Numbered from the whole stretch's first letter, positions 26,198-39,209 are shown. The stretch: 63,698 nucleotides of DNA, filler included, from Choristocarpus tenellus KU-1152 (GCA_964200185.2; 12 parts of 12 records of this genome joined end to end with filler, not necessarily neighbours in it); one strand, 5' to 3'. The notes: generated from the sequence alone by a model not told the origin. Made by a program: numbers and translations.

Positions 26198-26896
26198 GTG
26201 ACCAACCAGTGTGACCCTTTTGCTACTGATTTCCAGTCACCAACCACATCCAATGACCAACCAGTATGACCCCTTCGCCACTGGTTTCCAGTCACCAACC
26301 CCAACCAGTATGACCCCTTTGCTACTGATTTCCAGTCACCAGCCATATCCAATGACCAACCAGTATGACCCCTTCGCCACTGGTTTCCAGTCACCAACCC
26401 CATCTGATGACCAACCAGTATGACCCCTTTGCTACTGATTTCCAGTCACCAACCACATCTGATGACCAACCAGTGTGACCCCTTTGCTACTGATTTCCAG
26501 TCACCAACCACATCTGATGACCAACCATTGCGACCCCTTTGCTACTGATTTCCAGTCACCAGCCATATCCAATTGACCAACCAGTGCGACCCCTTCGCCA
26601 CTGATTTCCAGTCACCAGTCATATCCGATTGACCAACCAGTGCGGCATCTTCGCTACTGATTTCCGGTCACCAATCCCATCCGATGGTCAACCAGTTAGT
26701 TCTACCCTTTCGCTACCGATTTCCAGTCACAACCACATCCCAATGATCAACCAACATGGCCCCTTCGCCGTTGATTTCCAGTCACAACCACATCTGATGA
26801 CCAACCAGTGCGACCCCTTCGCCAATGATTTCCAGTCACCAGCCACATCCAATGACCAACTAGTGCAACCTCTTCGCCACTGATTTCCAGTCACCA
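26198..26896 (+). repeat. ~55-bp tandem minisatellite (~12-13 copies)
   Basis: Unit TGACCAACCAGT(A/G)TGACCCCTT(T/C)GC(T/C)ACTGATTTCCAGTCACCA(A/G)CCACATC.. Confidence 0.95.
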
Positions 26897-27261
26897 TCAC
26901 TTTCCCCTCAACCCCACTCAACCCCACACCACTTTCCACTCCACCACACCATTCACCACCACTCAAACCCACAACACCTCCCCACATTTTCCGCTTCACC
27001 ACACCATTCCACGCCACTCAAACCCACAACACTTTCCAACACTTTCCATTCCACCACACCACTCAAACCCACTCCATAATTATCCTCATAATACCTTTTG
27101 TTTGTTGGTCTCCCCAATTCCCTTTTGGGGATGTACTCCTTAATGTTGAATGCTGTTCGGTCACTCAGCTATTCTGCCACCTATGTTACATCAGCTTTCT
27201 CATCAATGATTCTTTTTAGTTCTGGACAAGTGGACCCCGCGTCTCCAGCTTGTATAAATAG

Positions 27262-29331
27262 AACATAAGGAAACCTGAGGTAGGCGGGACAGGACAAGCA
27301 AGGCTAGAACAAGGCAACCTCCGAGCAATCGCTTATAGCGGACCAAGGAGAAAAGGAGACTGAGAAATGCCCTTCGATGTGGGATGGGTTTATTGGAAGA
27401 ACACACAGGAAGGTGGGAAGGAGGAAAGGAGTGGGGAGAGGGGGAACAAAAAGGGGCGAGGGAGGGGGAGGACAAGAGGGAAGAAACAGCAGCGAGAAGA
27501 GCGTGCAAAGAGATTGAGCGAGTTAGGAGAGACATGGGCATCAGCGATGAGAGTGAAGCTGAGAAGCAGGGGGGAGGGGAAGCAAGAGGGGAAGAAGAAG
27601 ACACTAAGGAAGGAGGGCGAGGGTGGTTTAAAAGATTTACAGGCCCTGTTTAAGAATGTGGCAGAATTGACAAAGAGGATCGATCATATTATGACAATAC
27701 TGGGGGGAGCGAGTCGGACTGGCCCATCATTTCGAAGTGACATGAGCATGTTGATGGAGTGGGGTGACAGAAATATGAGAGGAAGACAATGAATGACAGT
27801 CCTATCAACATTGATGGAAAGAATGAGGGAGAAGACAATGATCCATGTATGGACAAGTATTAATGTAAGGAGGTACTTCGTACTCCTAGGGCACATTCCC
27901 CTATTTATATAAGCTGGAGACGCAAGGTCCATCCGTTAAGAACTACAAAGAATCATCAACAAAAAAGCCGATGGAACAGAAGCGATGGCAGAACAGCTGA
28001 GTAACCTGACAGCATTCGACATTAAGGAGTACATCCCCAATGGGGAATTGGGGAGACCGACAAACCAAGGAGATTACAAGATGCCCAGTAACTTTCATTG
28101 CTTTGTATCGGTAATGGTAAAAGTCTGCCGATATGGGGAGGAATTGAGCCCCGAGCGGAGCAGAGGGGTGGAGGTGATAGAAGAATTGGAAGAAGCAAGC
28201 AGTAAGGTGAGGATGTTTTATGGAGCCAATAAGTCCATAGTGATTGAGCACCCAAGGATAGTGAACCTGTTGTACCAGGCAGTGAGGGAAGACTTGACAT
28301 CTTGGGGCAAAGAAATGTCCAAGGCCACCAACATCATCAGCAACAAGTACAACGCATCCCCACCCCCCGAAGTTTGGATACCGCCGCCCCCCATACCACG
28401 GTTCACGAGCTCAGATATTACGTTGAACCATGCAAAGAATATGTTGCCGACACTGCCGACACAAACCAAGGTCCCGATAAACGAAGAGAGTGGGCATGTG
28501 GGGGGAACCAAGGTCGTCAAAGTCCCCAAGGGCAGACGAAAGGGTACGAGAAGAGACGTCAGGGGGAGGGGGGGAGAGAGTACAACCCATGCTTCGAATT
28601 TGTGGCAGGGAAGGAATATGAATTCTTGAAGAAACATTGGTTCTGCAAGCTTGACCACTTTAAACAAGGAGAGGAGAACGGAAAAGGGGAAAAGGCACAG
28701 GGTACACCGCCCAAAAAGGATCCCTGAGGGTACGGGCCCACCCCCCACAGGGGTGGGCCAGTAAAAAGAGACCATGGGCATAAACGCTACCACAGCATGC
28801 GTGTCTGACAACAGGAATTCCAAGACCAGGGTCTTTACACCAGGCAATCAAAGGTAGAGAGGGGGGGGAAGGCGTGTTAGTTGAGACAGTACTGAAGAGT
28901 GGTTTGGGATTTGGGAGAAGTTGAAAAGAGAGGAAGAGGTATCCAGTAATACAATGCAGGAGTTGAAGGAGTTAGTAAATAAGGGCGAAGGGTTACTTGA
29001 CGAGTGTGGGGGTGATTTGGGTGATTGGTAGCCGGTCAAAGTATCTGGGGGGGGGTGCCGGCGTCCTTTTTTGACCCTTGCCAGGCTGAGAAGGTGATGA
29101 AGTCCTGAACGTTTGAACTGGGGTAAGATTGAAGACCACTTTGGAAAGAAGATAAGACTCACACAGATAGAGATATTGTGACAAGTAGCCCAAGTAGGGA
29201 TAGCGGTAAGCGTGAGAGGGGAGGACAGGGTGCACTGGTTGGTCATCGGATGTGGCTGGTGAGATTGCTCGGAGGTTGACTTGTTCTAATCTTGCTTGTC
29301 CTGTCCCGTCAACCTCAGATTTCGTTATGTT
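27262..29331 (+). mobile_element. element bounded by 69-bp inverted repeats carrying gag/ORF1-like frames (candidate DIRS-like retroelement derivative)
   Basis: 27262-27330 and 29263-29331 are inverted (7 mismatches). The internal frames 27367-27792, 27985-28629 and up to 28727 include a degenerate CCCH-like motif (CFEFVAGKEYEFLKKHWFCKLDH). No TSD. Confidence 0.5.
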
Positions 29332-30114
29332 GATCCTTCAAATTAGTATCAAATAAAGATCGAAAATATGTAATATTGGGGTTTCAACAATTGACTGCTT
29401 TGTTCAAAGCACATGTGCTTAGATGCATTTTTAGTTTATTATACACAGATTATATATATATATATATATATATCCCTAAAGACATCTCTGGGACCATCTC
29501 ATCACGTAATTTACCCTCGCCTTTTACTAGGATAAACCGTGGTTTGGTCCCTGAAGGAGTTTCATCTGATTTTTGACCCCAGTATTGGGGTAACCGTCAA
29601 GTAAGTAGCGACACATTCATTGCCACATACAAACGAACGAGGCCAACCAATCCCACCACCACAACAACACGCACCCCTCTCTTATCACTTGTCGTGGTAC
29701 ATAATTTCTTCGTATTATTAATAATAACATTGAGCAAAATCAATCGAGAGGTACAGTGGTGGCAGTCGCCTCCTGCATCAACTTTGTCGTGCCATAACTT
29801 TTGATCAATAACGATTTTTTTCGTGAACATTCGTTTATTGTAATCGAATAATCATGCTTAACCTTATTCGATGAGTCTTGGTTGGTCAACTTGCAGTAAA
29901 AGTGAGAAATACAGGACCATACTTAAATCAAGTAGTCCGCGCGCGCGGTTTGAGCAGGGGCGTCATGCGGCGCGCGCGAACCGCGCGTTCAAGGACGATT
30001 TTGACACCAGAAGAGGCCATCTTCACCTGGAGAACATGGGCGTTGTTTTCTCTCCATTCTCTTTCCATCATTTCCCGTTTATGCGATGTTGTCACCTGCT
30101 GACTAAGGCTCACC

Positions 30115-30174
30115 ATGGGGGCCTGGGCCTCTGAACCAGACAATCCATGCCAAGTCAAACGAGGTATTCTGAAG
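30115..30174 (+). CDS. probable first coding exon MGAWASEPDNPCQVKRGILK (MGxxxS N-myristoylation motif)
   Basis: CACCATGG start context downstream of a CpG-rich island. GT donors at 30164 or 30175. Confidence 0.4.
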
Positions 30175-30519
30175 GTGCAGGCCTCCTGTGATACTTAAAT
30201 GTCTTGTTCACCCTGTCCAATTTGGTGCACTCCTTTCCTTTCTCGTTGGAATATATCAGGTGGTAAGCAATACTCATNNNNNNNNNNNNNNNNNNNNNNN
30301 NNNNNNNNNNNNNNNNNNNNNTTAATTAATTAANNNNNNNNNNNNNNNNNNNNNNNNNNNNNNNNNNNNNNNNNNNNCCCAAGGCATCTCATCCCCCCAC
30401 TAAAGTCCCCCCCCCCCCCCAAAGAGTGTATAGTATATCGCCTTTTGTTGTTGCGTTTTTTTTTTACTTCCGTTTTTTGTTGGCGGTGTTTGTACTGTTG
30501 TCTCTCTTGCGACGAGCAG

Positions 30520-30778
30520 TGCTGAGCAGTGCTCTCGACTCGTACGCATGTACATGGAAGGCTTGTTGCAACCAGTGATCACAAGGGTGTACCCGCTGGA
30601 GGAGACACCGTTGGCCCTCAAACACATGGGAGAGCGAAAGGTTGTGGGCAAGGTTGTGATAGCCACGAGGGAGTCAGGTCTACTGGGTGCTGAGGCTGGG
30701 GGTGGGATGCAATGTAACACTGTGGGGGAGAGTGGAAAGGGTGAGGTAGTAAGGACGCCTCCATGTTCTCGTCTATAG
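30520..30778 (+). CDS. terminal exon of MDR-superfamily (quinone oxidoreductase/zinc-ADH-like) protein with C-terminal PTS1 (SRL)
   Basis: After a polypyrimidine tract and AG: ...GLLQPVITRVYPLEETPLALKHMGERKVVGKVVI, the typical MDR C-terminus, then ...CSRL-stop. The acceptor could be 30519 or 30529. Confidence 0.8.
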
Positions 30779-31899
30779 CGACCAGACGTGGGAGTGGTGA
30801 GGTTGACACTGCATAAATGTACAGCAAATTTCCTAGTTTTTTTCCAGCAGTGTGTGGTGGAGTTCCCTGTGGTGTTAAGCCCCAGGTGCTATTGCTTTTT
30901 CTTGTCCCTGTATGATTGATTCTTGACAATGGAGTCTCTTTCATGTGGTTGAGGTTTTCTTGAGTTGCTTGTGAAAAACTTGATGAAATCCCATAGGTCT
31001 CACAACTCTCCATACTGTATCATACTGCTGTACTTTGAAGCACGATGTGGATGTTAGCCCTTGTCAGTTATGGTGTAATTAACTCTGAATAGTGGCTTGT
31101 GTTATTTCCCTTTCTGTTGTTTATGTTTGAGGCAACGCTGTTTAACCGAACACACTTTCCCATCCTGTGTTGTGTCACAGTGGTCTCAAGCACCAAGCAG
31201 TGGAGATCTCGATTCTTTCCTGTCGTGCTACAAGACTTTCATCTTGTGATTTACTTTAGATAACTGTGCAGGTTGCTTGGTTTATACCCTATCCCTCTGC
31301 CTTAGATAGCAGGTGTAGTGTAGCTTGCATGCCTTTTGTTGAGTGTGCTTTCAAGACATATGTCACTCTATGCTGCCCACTCAAAGCATTCACATTTCCC
31401 TCTCACAACGTGAAAGGAATTTGTGAACATCTTGTGAGTTTTTTGTGTAGGAGTTGTGATTGGTTAGGGGGGGTTCCTGCCATACTAGTCCATTGAGAAG
31501 TAGTTCATCTAAACAGATCAGCGCTTTAATCCCTATGACAAGAACTTTCTGTATAGGGTTAGGGTTAGAATTCTTTGATAGGTGATCTGTCTTTACGTGT
31601 CAGACTAGTTAACTAAGAGTTGGATATCTTTGAAGATTGTTGTAAGAATAAATGCCCATACCGCTCAAGTGGTAGTTGTTGCACTAAGTCTGATTTATAC
31701 CTACACACCTCCTGATCCACCACTGCAGATCCCTCAAGATGAACAAATTGACTGAAGAAGTTCTAATACTCAAATGAGGGATGCACAAATTTTCTAGAAA
31801 CTGAAACAAAATTGCACCAAGGCCTGGTGTATAAATCGACGCAGATGCTGACATTTGCGGGGTTGTCAGGTTGGTATTGCTTCAGGGAAGTAAATGTAC

Positions 31900-33110
31900 C
31901 CAACTAGTTGATGGTGTACAGATTATGAGACCAATCGGTTTGCCAACAGAAATTGGAGATCTTGCTGGCACTGTCACCAATAAAATTATTCTCCTCACCG
32001 AATTTTCCTCTGCCAGTCATTGGTGGCCAGCACCCGCCGCCCAGTCAGGGTTGTTGGTGTTTGATTCAAGGCTGAGTGGTGAAATAGTAGGTAATGGGGC
32101 TCTACTGATAGGTTGATGGTTGCTGCTACCCATGAGTCAAGGGTAGGTTGCATTTTTGTAGGGGATGTGGAGAAGATGGTACACAAACCTTTTGTGCAAA
32201 GTATATATGTATGCAGGGGTTTGAGCGTTTATTGTGGAGGGGTTAAACTCTTGCATCTGAAAGATAGCTACTCTGACGAGGAGGAGGGAGACTGAATTCT
32301 GGTTTGGTGACTGCCAGGTCACACCCAGCCATCAGTCCCAAACATAAAAGAGGTGCTGAGCCATCCAGGGGAGGGACTTTTGTGAAGACTGGTGTGTACA
32401 CAGCAAGAGGTAGTGCACCATGGAGACCTTTTTAGACCAGGGAGGAACCTCATTTTCCGTTGAGGATGACCCCGTGGAAAGGTAATGGCAAAGTGCACAG
32501 GGAGTTCTTCATTAGTCAAAAGAGAAGCACTCCTTGGGTGGGAATGGGAAAATATTTCATGCAAGATGTGTTACAAAGGGACAATCTTTGCAAGCCCTTT
32601 CTCGGCATTGAAATTGCATCCAGCACGAAGACTGAGTCCGATGGTTAAGTAGAGCAGCTGCAGGAGGAGAAACTAGAAGACCTTGATGACACAATGAAAG
32701 GGGAACGTTGTAAGAGAAGGAGGCTAAGGGCAGGAGCAATGGATTTGCAACATTGGTTCTTTGTACTCCGGGATGAGAACTTGGAATTGAAAACTTGTAT
32801 GAGATGGTGAAAGTGTACTTATATTGCCGTATGCTTTTTGGACTGTGAGCAGGGAGTTTGTAGAATGAACAGAATATAGACCAAGATGTGACGCCACCTT
32901 GACGTTTACATGATGGAGATGCATTTTCTCATCCTATACTGCTTGAGGGTTTGATCTTGACCGGTGAATCCCTGGATGTCTTTCTCGCTCAAGCAATTCA
33001 TAGATGACAGTACCCGAACCAAGAAAGGTTGATTCAAACAAGGCTGCATGGCGTGAATGTATGTGACAGGGGAAGTCTTTTTTCCTGTAGAGACATCTTC
33101 TTTGTTATAG
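31900..33110 (-). mobile_element. decayed LINE (APE endonuclease) remnant
   Basis: Ordered, frameshifted motifs SLQE, GGV.ILV, VFVL.(D)FNA and 'VHYLL' (IDYIL-like). Confidence 0.5.
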
Positions 33111-33664
33111 GGTTAGGGTGTCGCACACTGCAGTACTACACACAGTGGTTGATGAGAAACAGTGCATAGCCTCCACCTCTTATCACATCAAAGAACACAA
33201 TGTTCTTTGCAAAAGGTTCAGCACATAGCAACAGACACCCAGATAAAATAGTGTAGAGCTCTCCAAGCTTGCAGCATTCCTTTCATATTTTTCTGTTCCT
33301 AAGCGGTCCAGATTTAAGTTGAGGTGGCAACAAGCCAAAGAAGATATCGTTGGTTTTGTGAATAGAAAGTAAGGTGCGTCCAGGACCCACGCGCATTCCA
33401 GGACCAACCCAAAATATTGTCACCCAAGTTGTCCCCATTACTCTCCAGCTTTACTTACCCCAGTCACTGACGACAGAGTCGACAGCAGGTGAGGTCCATC
33501 CCGTAGACCACTTGCAGAGCCATTTAAAAAGGTGTTCTTTTGATAGCAGTATAAAACCCTACTAGATGGCACAACAGGAGGTAACTTATTGAAAATTATC
33601 ACAATTACAGTACAAGAATGAACAAAACACATAGGGATCACCAGGAGGACAAGTCGGATTAGAA

Positions 33665-33945
33665 CTATGGCGACTTCATGCTACCCTTCCCTCTCCCCAC
33701 TGCAGTCCCCATCATTGCATGAGCACGGAGAGCTTCCTTCTCCCTCCTCAGAAGCTCAATCCGCTGGGTGTTGCTACCTCCTCCTGCAGATGCCACACAC
33801 CCTACCCCAAACCCCTCTCCCTGGCGCCTTTGCAGTATGTAGGGACTCATATTCTGTCCTTGTGAGGGTGACCTTGCTTGAGAGCCTGTTTGGTGCTTTG
33901 GTACACAGGCACCAGCAGCTGTGGGGGTCTGTCCTGGTCTTCCAG
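33665..33945 (-). CDS. probable terminal exon of an uncharacterised protein
   Basis: TAG acceptor at 33947-33946, then an open 93-codon frame (GRPGQTPTAAG...RIELLRREKEALRAH...KSP-stop). A possible upstream exon lies at ~34560-34686. Confidence 0.4.
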
Positions 33946-34841
33946 CTAGTTGTAGCCATGAGGGCAGAGAGAGGTAGTCACAGGAGTTAAGAGGGAAGAA
34001 TGTTAATACATGGCTATTGTTTGGTATCTACTATTGGGTTTAGGTTTGTTTCTGGTTCTCAGCACATTCAACGGCTTGAACATGTTGGACTTGGAGATGG
34101 ACCTGGTGAGTGAATCTTTCAAGCAAATGTCTCTCTCTACACAAGATCAAAAACGATGTTATGCAACACAGGCAGTCAATGGTAGGAACATCCTACTACA
34201 AATTACCCGATGTCTCACTCAAAGTGACTTCACTGTGGTTGACTACCCAGTCTGCATCATACACTTCACTATCAAATTTCGGATATTTCCTGTTCTAGTA
34301 TTAATTGGTTAAGTGGCAAGGTTCAACAATAACCAAAGATGCTAGTGCAAAAAGAGGCAGTATTCATTGGAACATGTCAAAGAATGCTTTCCATGCACAT
34401 CCTCGTAGTGGGTAGAAAATAACCTAAACACACACACACACACACACAAAATCTGCACAAGAAAAACACCGATGCTCCCAAAATTAAACTGAAAGACATT
34501 ACAACAAAAAAAGAACAATGGTTCACTCCCACAACCCCAAAGGAAAAATGCCTGAAAACCTCCATTATCTGTGCCTTTTCCCCCTTCAGACAGTACACCT
34601 CACCAACAACATTGTACAGCTTTGACTCAGGGTTGAACACAGCAAAGAGCTCTCCCTCTTTCTCGCCCTCAGCCCTACCGGGACACCTGCAACCCCTCCC
34701 CCTCCCCCTGCCAACACTTGGGTGAGTACTGTCATCCCCACNNNNNNNNNNNNNNNNNNNNNNNNNNNNNNNNNNNNNNNNNNNNTTAATTAATTAANNN
34801 NNNNNNNNNNNNNNNNNNNNNNNNNNNNNNNNNNNNNNNNN

Positions 34842-35015
34842 TGGCATTGATGCAGTCGATGGCATTGATGCAGTCGATGGCATTGATGCAGTCGATGGCA
34901 TTGATGCAGTCGATGGCATTGATGCAGTCGATGGCATTGATGCAGTCGATGGCATTGATGCAGTCGATGGCATTGATGCAGTCGATAGCATTGATGCAGT
35001 CGATAGCATTGATGC
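34842..35015 (+). repeat. 18-bp tandem repeat (TGGCATTGATGCAGTCGA)n
   Basis: About 9 near-perfect copies at the contig start. Confidence 0.95.
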
Positions 35016-35107
35016 CAACACCAACACCAATAACAACTCCAGCTAGTACAAACGTGCTTCTGTGTTAGCTATACAGGCCCACGGGCGTGTCCCGATCACT
35101 TCTTCAC

Positions 35108-36423
35108 CTTGGAGAGCAGATCTGCCACGTTGTCGAGGAGCCCGCAGCTAGCAGCATAGTGCAATGGGCAGAGAAGTGCCTTGGCCGTGTCAGTCTTGGC
35201 CAGGTCAATGGCAGTTTTGCCCCGGGCGTTCTCCTCCCGTGGGCTGGCCCCTGGGCCGGACCAGGGGCAACATGGAGGATGAAGACTTTGTACTGGGGGT
35301 GCGTGGTGGGGTCCTAAGAGCATCATGGTGCACCTAGTATATGCTACACAGTCCTGGTTCTGAAAGTCTAGTTCTCTATATACAGGGTAACTACAGGTTG
35401 TTGAGTGCAGGGTCACAAGAAAAAAACAGAAAGATGGACTGTACTCGAGATCCCACGTTCTTGCAAACCAAGGCTTTCCAATACCTTGGGGATTTTTTTT
35501 TTTTACACTAACTGATTTTCTGCGTCGCATTTCCATTTAGCCAAGATAAGCATGTATAGAGCATACATGTGCCATATGTATGCGATATGTACATAGCATG
35601 CTATGTGCCATATGTATCCAATATGAACATAGCATCTGTTAGTGCCAGAACACAACGGAGCACATGCCCCCACGAAACGGCAGTTGAGACACAGTAATGA
35701 GTAGAGGGGTATGAGTTGCGCAAAGTTCAAGTAGGAATGATTAGGGAAAACAAATGGGAAGAATGGGCGTGAAATGCACCTAGAACATAGACCACAAGAA
35801 GATTGCTACAGTCACGGAGCCTGTGTCTTGAAATTCGAGAGCCTCTCTCCTATGGTGGAAGAATGTTATGGTACTCTGTAAAAAATCTCCAGGAGTGCAG
35901 GAGTGCAGGATTGCGTGGAGGAAACACTTGGATGGAGCAAACAGAACCAGACTCCTTGACACACTTTCTCTGCACCGTGTCCACATCAATTCTACGACAG
36001 TCTCCGGCTTCTAGAAGTTCATTCTCAATTCACAACTCACTTCAATAACTGATGACAGACACCCCTCATGAGAGCATACAAGATTCCTTCTAGAGGAATG
36101 GAGAGACAAGGGTCGAAAGGTCAGAAGTTACCAGCAGCGGATGCCTAAGCCACACATAGACACAAGCCACAGTACCGTCAAAATCGGTGGAAATCGGTGG
36201 GGGGAGGGGAGGGATTTGCTTGTGCACCTGCCTTGAGCAGCAACGCTACCACGCCTTCGTGTCCGTCGAAGACTGCCAGGTGAAGAGCAGTGTTACCCTC
36301 AGTTCCAAGGGTATCAACATGTACACCCGCAGCAAGTAAAGCCTGCACAACATCCGACATGCCGGCACGAGCCGCACGATGGATGGGGCGGAGCCCTTGT
36401 GCATTGGGCGCATTAAGGTCCAC
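35108..36423 (-). CDS. ankyrin-repeat protein, two internal exons 36423-36228 and 35250-35108
   Basis: GLRPIHRAARAG..DVVQALLAAG, GNTALHLAVFDGHEGVVALLLKAG|ASP..ENARGKTAIDLA, PLHYAASCG. Splice sites are canonical and the phase-1 junction is consistent. Confidence 0.88.
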
Positions 36424-38783
36424 CTGATCAAACGTGGGGAGTGTAAGGGCTGGAAGCAGGAAAAAGAGGAACTAGACAGTCCCGGCTTTTCAGGAAATGG
36501 CAACTGATACTTGATGAGCAAGAAAAGGTTAACCAAATGCAGTACTACAGATTGAGTCAGATGAATCAAGTGGTGGGGTTTCAAATGGGAATCAAGAGGT
36601 TTGAACAGGGCTACAATAATGGTCAGGAAATGGCAAGGGCTGGGCAAAAAAGGAAAAAGCTGTAGCGATCAGGGTATGGGATAGAGAACACAGGACAAGG
36701 CATGTATGCAGCGTACAAGAGTGGCTGGACGGAGGTTAGGAGATCAGAAACAACATTGCATCCAAGACGGAGACTGCTCGCAAGAATGCGTCTCGTGTGC
36801 TGGAGCTCTGTCGCTCTCGGTCGTACTGTGCTGTGGATTCAAAGGTACAACCGCCATCGTTCTCGGAACTTGAACTAGGAGCGAATTGTCCTCTGTACTA
36901 GCACACGACGTTATCATATGCAAGTCATGAACCCCCACATTCAGCAAATGGGTCATGTTTCACCAAAGAAACGTAACCCTGCCCCTTCTACATATAAGTC
37001 GTGGAGCAATCGCAGAATCTTCCCAAACCTCGACTACCGCGCGGAACCAAGCAGGCAAAGCACGAGTACGTCATGTAGTTGAAGAAGATGACCAGCCAGC
37101 AACTCAATCACCCAGAAACTCTTCCGTGAGACTGAGGATAGTTTCTTTTCCAACTTCTCTGCCAATCCAGCTGCTCAAGAAGCCACTATGCACAGTGGAG
37201 ACTGTCTGCCACTCCCCAATTGCCTAATAGTCCCATCTGTTCCTCGTAGAGAGGGGTATCAAAGAAGTCAACTTCTGACTTTCAAGTGTTAGGTGAGTTT
37301 GCACATATACACCTACCTCAGGGTTCATCTGCTGCCGACCTCTAGCACCAATCCCCTGATTTTGCGCCACACGCTCAATTATCTGCACTGCCTTCCTGGT
37401 ATCCTTCAGTCGCAAAGCGTCGTCAAGACCTGCCTGGCCCACATCTACCCTTGGCGCCAGGGCATTGACAAGACCCCCCTTTGTAATAAAGTTTATCATG
37501 GTCCTCTCGACCACTGCACCGGATTTTTCTTCCTCGACTATCTTGTCAACTTGTCAACTTGTCAACACTGTCATCAAATTCTTCGCAGAACCCTCTCTAG
37601 TCCTTGTACAACATGGAAGTTGAGGAATGTAATGTACTACTAACTTTGTAGTGTAGAAGTAGTAATATTGGAGTAATATAGGTGGGTTTTTCTTAGTTTG
37701 AATCCAATGTACTAGTTACAACTACTGCTTCTCTCTTATAAACTCAATCTGTATGCCGAACAAGGACTGTAAACCCTTGGTAGACCATTTCAAGTTCTAC
37801 AATAATATGAGAATCTTTCGTTGTTAGACCCTGAACAGGTGAGCTGGCTCTTCACAGAGGCTGGGAAATCTTCGTCAGAAGATTATCAAGATGGTCCTGA
37901 ATCCCCCGATCCAGTCATTGTTGGACACAAGCACATATCTCCTGATTGTTGGTTAGGTTATGAGGTTAACCTTTGTTAGTTAAGACCCCCTAAGATTAGT
38001 CCATCCAGGTATGCTCTTCACATAGGCTGGGGGAAGTGTCCATCAGAAGGCCAACCAGGTGGTCCTAAATCCCCAGAGTCAGGCGGGCCTCCGAAGCAAG
38101 CACCACCTCTGTTACATCTTCTGGGCGAAGAACAGGACCCAGCTCCAATAATGTGTTTATTGGCAAAGTACTACGGCTGGTCCCACTAGGTCACATAGCG
38201 TGGACACAGATGATTCCCACCCATCTCGACCACAGGATAATGCCCCACACGTACTTGAAACACCCCAACAACTTAACTTGGGCATGCGCAAGAACCAGGA
38301 ACCCGATTCTCATGAAGGTCCCTCACCACCACTGTGCCTACTAGTAGTCAGATCCAGAAAATCTTCCCCTTATCTCGACCCAAGCTACTTCCTGCACTGG
38401 GGAAGGGTAGGAAACCTACACACATGACTTGCATTGTCAAGACCCTCATGAGCTTCCTATGATGCAAGTAGATACCACTCACATGTTACACATACATGAG
38501 ATCGATCACTCTTTTCAACAATGACATTGACGGGGCAGAGTGTCTGGGGGGGGGGGGTGACTGTCTACTTGAGGACCATTTTTCCATGCCACGATTTATG
38601 GGGGTTTTGGTTGCANNNNNNNNNNNNNNNNNNNNNNNNNNNNNNNNNNNNNNNNNNNNTTAATTAATTAANNNNNNNNNNNNNNNNNNNNNNNNNNNNN
38701 NNNNNNNNNNNNNNNAAACCGGAAACCAGTTTCTGGGGGGGGGGGGTGTCCCGCGGGTCCTCCCCCCCTCCCCCCCACAACCA

Positions 38784-38814
<31 letters not shown>

Positions 38815-38924
38815 CCAGATACTTTAAGTGAGACTTTTTATGAAAAGGAGAAAAAACAATATATTCATATATATATATATATGTATGAAGTGAAAAGGTG
38901 TCTGGCCATCCAAAGACCGCTTGC

Positions 38925-39023
38925 CTCTTCCCTCATGGTTGCCTCCGCTAGTTTCAAGGCCTTCTCGATCTCTCCCTCTCTACTTGCATCCTGTCGAATC
39001 ATCTTCATCTGCAGTTCCTGCAC
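38925..39023 (-). CDS. orphan coiled-coil exon (VQELQMKMIRQDASREGEIEKALKLAEATMREE)
   Basis: Polypyrimidine tract plus TAG acceptor, heptad-like composition. The 3' end is uncertain (best donor is GAG|GCAAG). Confidence 0.5.
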
Positions 39024-39072
39024 CTACTAGAAAGGGAAGGAGAAATCGCAAGAGGCAGGCGCGTAAAACCGA

Positions 39073-39168
39073 AGGGTTAGGGTTAGGGTTGGGGTTAGGG
39101 TCGGGGTCCAAGTTAGGGTTAGGGTTAGGGTTAGGGTTAGGGTCGGGGTCCAAGTTAGGGTTAGGGTT
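39073..39168 (+). repeat. interstitial telomeric array (TTAGGG)n with duplicated GGGTCGGGGTCCAAG variant
   Basis: Direct reading. This is the longest of many TTAGGG tracts. Confidence 0.92.
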
Positions 39169-39209
39169 AAGGCTATGGTTGAGGATGTCACGGGGGGAAG
39201 TAAATATGC

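Noticed and set aside
26198-26896. CRISPR-like array
   Set aside because: The units are contiguous tandem copies without unique spacers, there are no cas genes and the context is eukaryotic.
34794-35068. (STASMP)n / (MQSMAL)n ORFs
   Set aside because: These are translations of an 18-bp minisatellite at a contig edge.
36700-38430. Gag/pol-like ORFs upstream of the ankyrin exons
   Set aside because: Probably a decayed retroelement, but I could not recognise a diagnostic motif.
39073-39168. True chromosome end
   Set aside because: The array is short, degenerate and flanked by ordinary sequence on both sides.
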